From Chiloscyllium plagiosum (taxonomy: Eukaryota): DNA of 63,966 nucleotides. A program made the position numbers and the translations under genes. Every line of letters begins with the position of its first letter. Within the stretch, counting starts at the first letter, position 1. The notes below the pieces were generated by a model. That model was not told where the DNA came from, did no database searches, and saw only the letters and a program-made list of their open reading frames with translations. The stretch covers positions 54,717,864-54,781,829 of the forward strand of contig NC_057718.1 in NCBI RefSeq assembly GCF_004010195.1, written 5' to 3'. Of the stretch, positions 13,301-25,300 are shown one piece after another.

Positions 13301-16300
13301 GCACATTAAGGAGGAGAAAGTGAGGACTGCAGATGCTGGAGATCAGAGCTGAAAATGTGTTGCTGGAAAAGCGCAGCAGGTCAGGCAGCATCCAAGGAAC
13401 AGGAGAATCGACGTTTCGGGCATAGGCCCTTCTTCAGGAATGAGGAAAGTGTGTCCAGCAGGCTAAGATAAAAGGTAGGGAGGAGGGATTTGGGGGAGGG
13501 GCGTTGGAAATGCGATGTGGAGGGAGGTCAAGGTGAGGGTGATAGGTCGGAGTGGGGTGGGGGCGGAGAGGTCAGGAAGATGATTGCAGGCTAGGAAGGC
13601 GGTGCTGAGTTCGAGGGATTTGACTGAGACAAGGTGGGGGGGGGAGGGGAAATGAGGAAACTGGAGAAATCTGAGTTCATCCATTGTGGTTGGAGGGTTC
13701 TCAGGCGGAAGATGAGGCGCTCTTCCTCCAACCGTCATGTTGCCATGGTCTGGCGATGGAAATGGGAGGGTGAGTTGAAGTGTTGAGCCACGGGGTGGTT
13801 GGGTTGGTTGGTCCGGGTATCCCAGAGGTGTTCTCTGAAACGTTCCACAAGTAGGCGGCCTGTCTCCCCAATATAGAGGAGGCCACATCGGGTGCAGCGG
13901 ATGCAATAGATGATGTGTGTGGAGGTGCAGGTGAATTTGTGGCGGATATGGAAGGATCCCTTGGGGCCTTGGAGGGAACTAAGGGGGAGAGGTGTGGGCG
14001 CAAGTTTTGCATTTCTTATGGTTGCAGGGGAAGGTGCCGGGAGTGGAGGTTGGGTTGATGGGGGGTGTGAACCTGACGAGAGAGTCACGGAGGGAGTGGT
14101 CTTTTCGGAACGCTGATAGGGGAGAGGAGGGGAATATATCCCTGGTGGTGGGGTCCGTTTGGAGGTGGCGGAAATGACGGCGGATGATACGCTGTACATG
14201 GAGGTTGGTGGGGTGGTAGGTGAGGACCAGTGGGGACCTCTGACCTCTCCGCCCCCACCCCACTCCGCCCTATCACCCTCACCTTGACCTCCCTCCACCT
14301 ATCGCATTTCCAGCGCTCCTCCCCCAAGTCCCTCCTCCCTACCTTTTATCTTAGCCTGCTGGACACACTTTCCTCATTCCTGAAGAAGGGCTTATGCCCA
14401 AAACGTCGATTCACCTGTTCCTTGGATGCTGCCTGACCTGCTGCGCTTTTCCAGCAACACATTTTCAGCTCCTGCACATTAAGGACTCGTTTAATAATAA
14501 AAACCTGAAACCTTTTCAATGGAACCATGTCTGAAACAAGACTCTTCCTTGTAGTAAAAACAACATTTTGGTTACAGGTCGATCTGCTATAATGTGCATT
14601 TCATTAACACAAATTTGCTGTAACACGATTGACAAATTGGGGACACTTTTTAATGCCCAAACTTTTAAAACGTACGTTGGCTGTAACACGGTTACATCGC
14701 TAACACTTTTAAGCGCTGTTTCTAAAGCATGATTTTTCTGTAATGCAGAGTTGCACCAGAATGCAACTACCATGTTGTAGAAAAACCTTCTGTATTTATT
14801 CCCAGCTAATTTAAGAACTAAATTATAACAACTTTTACAAAATCTGTGGCATGCTATCTTTTGACACATCCACTGAATCATTTGGATATTTTAAAAGGAA
14901 ATATTTTGTTAACAGGTTTTAAAATCCATTCTAAACATGTTGAACAGATTTAAACCATTATTTTCAAGAACTGCTTACAATGGCATTAAGCTATTGGCTT
15001 GCAGATATGTAACAGAAGTAATTAAGTGATGCAAACATTAAAAAAGGCAGGCGTAATTTAAGACTTACTTTTCAAGTACAGGTGGGATGACCAGCTCTGG
15101 CCGCATCAAAGCCAAATTTTGAAGGGCCTGAGCAGCCTCCAGACTTCCAGTCTTACTGAACATAGCAAGCAATACAGGTTGTTTGATGCTTTCCACAAAA
15201 TCAGTAATGTCCTGCTCTGTCAATTTGTGGCTATCTGGTACAACATTTAGCCAACTTTCCTTTTTGTACCGCTCTCTGTGCAGTCTTCTCACAACACTAG
15301 CAGGTAAGCGTTGTAACAATTTCATCAGTTTCATCTGTTCAAAAATAAATCAATTCCGAGTCTATTAATTGTGAGGAAGGAAAAAGGAATTTACATGAAT
15401 CGTGACGAATTATGATAAAAATTAGTTCTAAATATGAGATATTAAATATGAGATATTGCAAATCAAATACAATTCTTGATAGGCTTTCTCAGAATACAAT
15501 GGGACTTTGATCAGGTGGGCAAATGGGCCTAGGAGTGGCAGATGAAGTTTCATTTAGGTATATGTGAGGTGCTGCATTTTGGTAGGGCAAATCAGGGCAG
15601 GGATTATACACTTAATGCTAAGGTTCTGGGCAGCGTTTCCGAACAAACAGACCTTGGGTTGCAGGTCAGTAGTTTCTTGAAAGCGGAGTTGCAGGTAGAC
15701 AGGGTAGTGAAGGCATGATTCCTGATGAAGGACTTCTGCTCAAAAGATCAATTCTCCAGATCCTCTGATGCTGCCTGACTGCTGTGCTTTTCTAGCATCA
15801 CACTCTCAATTCTGATCTCCAGTATCTGTGGCCCTCATTATCTCCCAGTGAAGGAAGCATTTGGCACACTTGCCTTTATTGGCCAGTGCACTGATAATAA
15901 GAATTGGGAGGTCATTTTGCAGCTATACAGGACACTGGTTAGGCCACTTTTGGATGACTGCATTCAATGCCAGTCTCCCTGCTTTAGGAAAGATGTTGTG
16001 AAACTGGAAAGGATTCAGAAAAGATTTACAATGATGTTAACAGGGTTGGAGGGCTTGAGCTATAGGAAGAGGCTCAATAGGCTGGGGCTATTTTCTGTGG
16101 AGTGTCACAGGCTACAGGGTGACCATACAGAACTTTATAAAATCATTTGGGAGCATGGATAGGGTGAATAGTCAAAGTGTTTTCTCCAGGGTAGGAAGTT
16201 CAAACTACAGGACATCAGTTTACGGTGAGAGGATAAAGATTTAGAAAGGACCTATGGGGCAACTATTTCCACATAGAGAAGTGGTGCATGTATGGAATGA

Positions 16301-19300
16301 GGAGCAAGAGGTGATAGTGGAGGCAGGTACAAGTACAACATTTAAAAAGCATATGCATATATGAATAGGATGGGTTTAGAGGAATATGGGCCAAGTGCTG
16401 GCAAACGAGACAAAATTAATTTAGGATATCTGGTCGGTGTGAATGAGTTGGACTGAAGCATGTGTTTCCTTGCTATACATCTCTATGACGCAGTGACCCA
16501 AGTCAAGTGCAAGACAACTGGGAATATATAAATACACAAGTATGAAAAGGATGTAAAAGAGAAGAGGGGAAAGGAAGATAGAAATGATAGCTCCATGCTT
16601 GCATTAATAAAAGCACGATGAATAATTTCCTGTATTTAAAATGTACCTTTATTATTCTAATATAAAAACTAAATAACTGACATGTTTATTACATGTAATT
16701 TCCTCCTTTGGATTTAATTGTCAATTAAAAAAAGCACGTAGAATAGTGTTAAAACGTGTGGAGGAGAAAAGAAATGTCAGTATCAAGGAATGTTAAAACA
16801 CCAATAGTAGCAAAATATAGGTGCCCTAAAAGCATCTAAAAGTCTGTTTTCAAATTGTGCATTGTGGAAAATTCGCACTGCAAAAACTTTGGAAAAGCAA
16901 TATCAGTTAGGCAATAGAAAAATTATATAGAGCAAAATTGTAAGTAACAAATTAAAAACAAAGCTGGGGCAATGATATAAACTTTCCATACATAATCCTT
17001 AAGGTCCCAAATATAAACATTGGAAAAAAATAGTAGGGAGAAATAAAAATGAAATAATTTAAATAACTTCTGTTTTTATTTTAATAAATGGAAGAAAACT
17101 AACATTCAGTCATGATAGTCTTTTCCTTTTGAAAACTCCAATTCATTTTCAGCTAATTTTTATACATGGTTAATTATATCCCAATTTTACAACAAGTAGA
17201 GAAGTTTAGCATTAAGGGATGAAGAAAGAACGCTAAACTATTTATCCAGTTGGGGGTGAAAGCTACGGTATGACAAACTCCTGCTTTGATAAACTCCACG
17301 TTTATTTAAAGTAATAAAGTCTACAAGAAATGAGACCAAGTTACTGTGAAAAACATTAAGCAAACTCTCTGCTATGCTCCAAGTACTCCTGAAAAATATT
17401 ATATTCCATATCAAATATACCCAACTATGCGCATTGGCATGCAGGTTTCTGAGATCTGCAAATTCCGTTGGACAAAGCGTTCCATTTAGGGATAGTCAGC
17501 ATGGTTTTGTATGAGGGTAATAGTGTCTCACAAACTTCATTTTATTTTTAGGAAGTAACCAAAAAGATTGATGAGGGCAGAGCGGGAGACATTGTTTACA
17601 TGGATTTCAGCAAAGCCTTTGACAAGGTTTGCATAGCAGACTAATTATGCAAGTTAGATTACATGGGATTCAAGTTGAGCTTGCTAACTGGATACAAAAT
17701 TGGCTTGACAGTATAGGACAGAGGGTAGCTGCGAAGGGCTGTTTTTCAGACTGGAGGCCCATGACCACAGACATTGGTACTGGGTCCACTTTTGTTTGTC
17801 ATCTATAGAAATGATTTGGATGATAATATAGGAGGCATGGTTAGTAGATTTGAGGATGACACCAAAATTGGTGGTGTTGTGGACAGTGAATGTTATTTAA
17901 TATTACAAAGAGATCTTGATCAGTTGGAGCAATGGGCTGATAATTAGCAGATGGAGTTTAATTTGGATAAATATGTGATATTGCATTTTGGGAAAATAAA
18001 CAAGGGCATGACTTATACAATTAATGGTCAGGTCCTGGGTAGTGCTTTGGAACAGAGACCGAGTTCAAGCATATCTTTCTTTGAAATTTGTATCACAGGC
18101 AGACAGGATGGTTAAGAAGGCTCTTAGCATGTTTGCTTTCATTGCTCAGACCTTGGCGTACAGGAATTGGGATGTGATGTTGAGGTTGCACAGGCCACAG
18201 GTGAGGCTTCATCCAGAGTACTGTGCACAGTTCTGGTCACCCTTCTGTAGGAAGGATATTATTAAACTGGAGAGAGTTCAGAAAAGGTTTACTAAGATGT
18301 TACCAGGAATGAGGGTTTGAATAATAAAAATAGGCTGGAGCAGAGGAGATTGACGGGTGACCATATTGAGGTTTATAAAATCATGAGGGGCATAGAAAGG
18401 CAAATAGCAACGGTTTTTTTCCCCCTAGGGTAGCGAATTCAAAACTAAGGGACATATTTTTAAGATGAGAGGTGAAAGATTTAACAAGGACAATGAGGGC
18501 CAATTTTGTTATTTTAGAGTGATTCATATGTGGAATGAACTGCCAGAGGAAGTGGTGGACGCAGATAGAGTAACACTTAAAAGGCAATAAATACATGAAT
18601 AGGAAAAGTTTGGAGGGATAGGGGCCAAACGCAGGCAAGTGAGACAGGTTTAGTCTGGGAATATGGTTGGCATGGACTAGTTAGATGGAAGCGTCTGTTC
18701 CTACGCTGTATGACTAGAACTCTAAGCTTTATCCTGACAGCAGGGTTGCTTTACTGGCAATGCATACAGGTGAATTTAGTTTCTGTCTGGATTGGAAGAG
18801 TAAGCCATGTGGTACAATGGTAACGTTCCTACCTCTGGATCAGAAAGCCTGAGTTCAAGCCCACCTGCTCCATTAGTGTATCTCAACAAGTTTGAACATA
18901 TTGCTTAAAAAAAATCTGTCTCATTCAGAAGATACAGGCATTTAAAAAGACAAAACTTTTCATGCCTAGGATTGAAACAACTTGGGTGGTGGCCCAAAAG
19001 CAGTATTGGATTGGCTTATCATTAAGAAGAACAGCTGTATTCAGTTCCATTGCAGTTAAAAGAATTAAATATCAGGCACTGTATACAATGTGGCCAACTG
19101 GATATTACTTGTTTTGCATCACTGCCAGATACGCTGTTTTTATCCAGCAAAGTGTCGACTGATTCTGCTCCTCCTTGAATCGAGTGTTTAGTTATGTTTA
19201 CGTAGCCTTGCTCAATGATGTTTCAAGCTACTGACTGAGACAAAAATGTACAAGAGTCATAGGGAGTTATTCAGGGTTCAGTTTTGAGATACTACAACAG

Positions 19301-22300
19301 GTCCATTGAGATATGCATTAGGTATAGTTTGAATATTTATTTCACACTATCGGTACTGGCAGTCAAGAACATCCATTGAAATAAGTAAACAGCTAAACAG
19401 GCATAACAAGAATCAGAAGTACCTACCAACCATCTCCCATTATTAGAAGGATGATAGAATGATGCAATGCTGTTAAAAAATCCATTCAAATGCTTCTGTG
19501 CTAATTTACTGGGACCACCCTAACAAATTAAAAGATCTGAAAGTTAATCAAATTGCATTTCAGAGTGACATCCAATTACACACCACATTTTAATTCAAAG
19601 TGGAAGTCATTTTCAAACAAAAACATTTTGCACAATATGAAGACGTTACTTTCTCCAGTCTAAGTATGTGCCTTAATAGACAAATTCACAGTTGAAAATT
19701 ACCAATTTTAACCAAATAACAGATAGCAAGAGTGGTAAGGCAGTTACCCATCAATGGAAATCGAGATTCCCAATTAATTTTCACTATTTGAGGAATTTGT
19801 GAAACAAAATCAATGGGCGATTGAGGCTGCAAAAGTGAGCAAAATTAATCAGAACAGTTTAGTAAAAATAGCTGAATAATCAACACATCCTTCTCTTCAT
19901 TCACTAAGAACATAAGATATTGGAGGAGGAGTAGGCCATCGAGCCCTTCAAGCCTGCTCAACCACTCAATAAGATCAAGGCAGATCTTTGCGTGGCCCCA
20001 CCTCCACTTACCTGCCTGGGCGGCAAGGTGGCACAGTGGTTAGCACTGCTGCCTCACAGGACCAGAGACCCAGGTTCAATTCCTGCCTCAGGCGACTGAC
20101 TGTGTGGAGTTTGCACATTCCCCCCGCGGGTGCTCCGGTTTCCTCCCACAGTCCAAAAATGTGCAGATCAGGTGAATTGGCCACGCTAAAATTGCCCGTA
20201 GTGTTAGGTGCAGGGATAAATGTAGGGGAATAGGTCTGGGTGGGTGCGCTTCGGCGGGTCGGTGTGGACTTGTTGAGCCGAAGGGCCTGTTTCCACACTG
20301 TAAGTAATCTAATCTAATCTAACCTTCTCACCAGTTGACGATGATGTCACAATAACAAATCTGATTGGACACAAAGAAAAGCAAAGTAGGGCAAGGCATG
20401 GCAGAACTTAGACACTTAATGGCAAGGTCCTGGGGAATGTTGCTGAACAAAGAGACCTCGGAGTGCAGGTTTATAGTTCTTTCAAAGTGGAGTCGCAGGT
20501 AGATAGGATAACGAAGGCAGCATTTGATATGCTTTCCTTTGTTGGTCATGAGAAAGTCTATAGCCTTAAAACTTGTCTTTAAACATTTAGACTAAAATGT
20601 AATGCTGAATTATAGAACACATTTACTGCACTAGAAAATAGACAGGCAGGAAGGCTCAGAAAAAGGGGGGAACTTAAGGAATGCAAAAGATAGAGACACC
20701 TGTGCTCACTATGTGATAACAGGATACTGTAAGACAATTAAGAACATTTGCCTTAGCATCAGTGAATCTGTGTGAACACGACACCAAGTGATAACATTCA
20801 CAGCCATTCCCTTGTGAAATTAATGACAGTGTTTGATTCTGACCCTGAAACAAAACTTGGTACTATCAAAAACTTTGTAATTAATGGTCAGATGCTGCCA
20901 ATTATAATGGATTCTTATTACTCCTTGCAAGCGGAGCAGTCAGAGAGAAAACAGAATCTTTGCTGTTACAAAGCTCTGACTTGAGAGTTCAGAAGGACAG
21001 TAGAGAGACCTGTTTAGTGCTGAGGCTGTTGAAGCCAGTAGAAGATTAACTCTTGGATTGAATTTAATTGCATTTTGGGACTTTATGATATTGAGTAGCC
21101 ACTACCATTTATTAAATACAAACTCTAAAAGATAATATTGATGAAGCCTTAACTTACTTGCTGTTCTTGCAGACCACTCTACAGACCTTATGGGCTGTTC
21201 CACTGTCAATTCTAATTAATCAGATCTTATGTCTCATTTGAATGTGAATCACAAACTTGAAAAGAAGGCATGTTTAATTCGAGACTAATTAAATCACTTT
21301 AAATACAACCTTGCAGTAACATTTCAGCCTCCAGTACAGAATGATTCTGTGCTTAAGATAAAGAGCAGGAATCTGCTCCCAGCTTAAAATTATTCTAAAC
21401 CTAACACCGAAGAGAATCTGACACCATCTGTGTCAGGAAGCCATTTTATGGTCAAAAGTTTGCCCCTCCTTGCTAAGGAGCCATTTCGTAAAACAATGTT
21501 ATCAGCCATGCGAGCTGTGCAAGGTTACCTTATGACATCTCCCACTTAATTTAGACTGGTACTTCTTTATCGGAACTTATCTTGCCTGCAGATGCCTAAC
21601 TCAACTGGGTATGTTTTTCCCACCTAATGTATAGCTCAAGGCCTGTAGGAGTGATAAGTCAAGCGCACACAATCTGTCAATTAACTTTTCTTCTTTACAA
21701 ATTAATGTCTTTCACTGTAATTTGTCTAATTAAGAACATGCAATGCTTTTGTAAACTTTTGTATAAAGGAAGCCACTTTGTATCAGTACATCGGAGTAGC
21801 CTGCTGGGGTGCTTGAAGAGCTGGTACCCTACTCTCCTAGGTTCTTAGAACTTAATTTAGCTTATAGGTATCAGTGCTATGTTGTGACAGTGATGCTATT
21901 AGTGAATAAAGGGAATGACTAAAATTAAACTAATCTGTCTGTAAGAGGTTTTTAATTCCAAACTTCCAAAGAGTATGATCTCTGGGTTGAACCAAGAGAG
22001 AGGCTTTACAGGTCTCAGTCCACAAGGGATTCCCTGGGCTCTCACAAATCTCCACTTTAACAGTCAGAGAATTGAGCATAGGAGTTGGGAGTTCACATTG
22101 CAGCTATACGGGACATTGGTTAGGCGGCGATTGGAATACTGTGTGCAATTCAATATGCAAATAGACTGGGTGAATAATGTTGCCATTGGATCCAAAGAAA
22201 GGGAATTCATGGAATGCTTACAGGATGGCTTTTTGGAACAGCTTGTCATGGAGCCCAGAAGGGAGCAGGCTATTCTGGACTTAGTGCTATGTAATGAGCC

Positions 22301-25300
22301 AGACTTTATAAAAGATCTTAAAGTAAGGGAAGACTTAGGAGACAGCAATCATAATATGGTAGGGTTCAGTCTGCAGTTTGAAAGAGAGAAGGCAAAAGCA
22401 GATGTAATGGTGTTACAGTTAAATAAAGGTAATTACAAGGGCATGAAAGAGCAACTGATAAAAATCAACTGGAAGCAGAGCCTATCGGGAAGACAGTAGA
22501 GCAACAATGGCAGGAGTTTCTGGGTGTAATTGAGGACACAGTTCATCCCAAAGGAAAGAAAGATTATCCGGGGAGGATTAGACAGCCATGCCTGACAAAG
22601 GAAGTCTGGAAATGTATCATAGAAAAAGAGAGAGCCTATAAAGTGGCCAAGAGCACTGGAAATCAGAAGATTGGGAAGACTACAAAAGCAAACAGAGGAT
22701 AACAAAGAGAGAAATAAGGAAAGAGATGATGAAATATGAAAGTAAGTGAGCCAGTAATATTTGAAATCATAGCAGAAGTTCCTTTCAATACATAAGAAAT
22801 AAACGAGAGGCAAAAATAGACATTGGACCGCTCCAAATTGATGCCGGAAGGCTAGTGAAGGGAGGTAAGGAAATAGCTGAAGAACTTAATAAATACTTTG
22901 TGTCAGTCTTCACAGTGGAAGGCATGAGTAATATCCAAACAATTAACGAGAGTCAAGGGGCAGAGTTGAGTATGGTAGCCATTACAAAAGAGAAAGTGCT
23001 AGAAAAGCTAAAAGGTCTAAAAATTGATAAATCTCCTGGCCCCAATGAGCTACATCCTAGAGTTCTGAGGGAGATGGCTGAAGAAATAGCGCAGGTGTCG
23101 GTTGTAATCTTTCAAAACGATCACTGGAGTCAGGGAAAGTCCCAGATACTTTGAAAATTGCTGTTGTAACCCCCTTCTTCAAGAAAGGATCAAGACAAAA
23201 GATGGAAAATTATTGGCCAATTAACCTAACCTCAGTTGTAGGTAAAATTCTAGAATCCATCGTGAAGGAGGAGATTTCTAAATTCTTAAGATAAAAGGGT
23301 TCTTTTTTGGAATGGCAGCTAGTGACAAGTGTGTCCCACAGAGTTCCGTGTTGGGGCTGCAGCTGTTCACTTTATATATTAAATGACTTGGATGAAGGGA
23401 CTGGGGGCATTCTGGCAAAATTCACCGATGATACAAAGTTAGGTGGCCAGGCAGGTAGTTGTGAGGAGGTGGGGAGGCTGCAGAAACATTTAGACAGTTT
23501 AGGAGAGTGGCCCAAGAAATGGCTGATGAAATTCAATGTGAGCAAATGCTAGGTCTTGCACTTTGTAAAAAAGAATACAGGCAAGGACTATTTTCTAAAT
23601 GGTGAGAAAATTCATAAAGGCCAACAACAAAGGGATCTGGGAGTGCTAGTCCAGAATTCTAAGGGTTGAGTCTGAGGTTAAGAAAGCAAATGTAATTTTG
23701 TCATTTATCTCAAGAGGGTTGGAATGTAAAAGCAGTGATGTGCTACTGAGACTTTATAAAGCTCTGGTTAGGCCCCATTTAAAATACTGTTTTGAGCCCC
23801 ACGCCTCAGGACGTACATACTAACACTGAAGCATGTCCATTGATGATCCCTGGAATGGTGGGCCTAACATACAATGAACGGCTGAGGATCCTGGGATTGT
23901 ATTCATTAGAGTTTAGAAGGTTGAGGGGATAGAAACTTAGAAGATAATGCATGACAGACAGCGTGGACACTGAGAATTTGCTTCCAATAGGGTGGGATAC
24001 TAGGACCCCTGGGCATAGCCTTAGAATTAGAGGAGGTCAATTTAAAATGGAAATGAGGAGACATTTCTTCAGCCAGAGGATTGTGGGCCTGTGGAATTCA
24101 TTGCCATGGAGCGCAGCAGAGGCTAGGACATTAAATATCTTCAAGGCAGAGATTTATAAATTCTTAATCTCGCAAGGAATTAAGGCAAACGGGAAAAGTG
24201 TGGGTAAGAGGCGTTCAAATGTCCATCAGCCATGATTGAATGGCGGAGTGGACTCAATGGGATGAATGTCCTTACTTCCACTGCTATGTTTTACGGTTTA
24301 ATTCAGGTCTCCCTCCTATTGGAAGTATGTTGTGAAACTTGAAAGTGTCCAGAAAAGATTTACAAGGATGTTGCTAAGTTGAGGAGTTTCGCTATAAGGA
24401 GAGGCTGAATAGACTGGGGCTGGTTTTCCCTGGAGCATCGGAGACTGCAGAGTGAACCCGGAGGCTTAGAACATCATTCGGGGCATGGATAGAGTTAGAT
24501 GACAAGATATGCATGTGCATGCCTGCACCCATAACTAGAGGGCATAGGTTTAGGGTGAGAGGGAAAAGATTTCAAAGGAACCGAAGGGGCAACTTTTTCA
24601 CAGAGGGTGGTGCTTGAATGGAATAAGCTGCCAGAGGAAAGGGTGAGGCTGGTACAATTACAACATTTAAAAGGCATCTAGATGGGTACATGAACAGGAA
24701 GGGTTTAGCGGGATATCGGCGAAATGCTGTCAGATAAGACTACGCTAATTTAGGATGTCTGGTCGACACGGACAAGTTGGACTGATGTGTCTGTTTCCGT
24801 GCTGTCTCTCTCTATGACTCCACGTATACTGAGAGATTGAATAAAACTTTATATAACATAGCTTCTTCACCACAAAGATAATTCAAACAAAATACTTAAA
24901 ATAAAACAAAGAACTTGCTATGAATTGCAATAAATCCATAATCAAATACTAACCAGCATGGAAGTGATCCAAACCACCACATGGCCAATATCATAAGCAC
25001 TTGACAAATATTTGGAAATTAAAACTTGGCTACTTCCTACTGGCAGATTTAAGCTTCTCAAAAATCTGGTAAAAATCTGGAATATACATAAATTATTCAA
25101 TAAACAATTTTATATAAAACATAACTTTAATTTTATTTAAAAAACAATGAACACACACATAGGATTAAAATTGTAACAGCATCTTTTCTTGTAATAGATG
25201 ATCATTGATAATCAACTACAAAATAGGCAATAATAAAATTGATTAAAATGTTTTGACAATTACAACTTTTAATTATTTATACTGTCAAGCTCCAAAAACA

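Larger units (their letters stand above)
20370..24822 (+). mobile_element. Host CR1-type LINE 3' part split into three pieces (~20370-20548, 22063-22152, 24300-24822)
   Basis: Removing the two inserts rejoins tttcctttgttggtca|gagaattgagcatagg and gtgtgcaattca|ggtctccctcct, colinear with other CR1 copies in the window. Confidence 0.8.

Noticed and set aside
14516..14881. 121-aa minus-strand ORF downstream of exon 10
   Set aside because: Runs through a MITE, has no resemblance to PA200, and is not needed for exon phase continuity.
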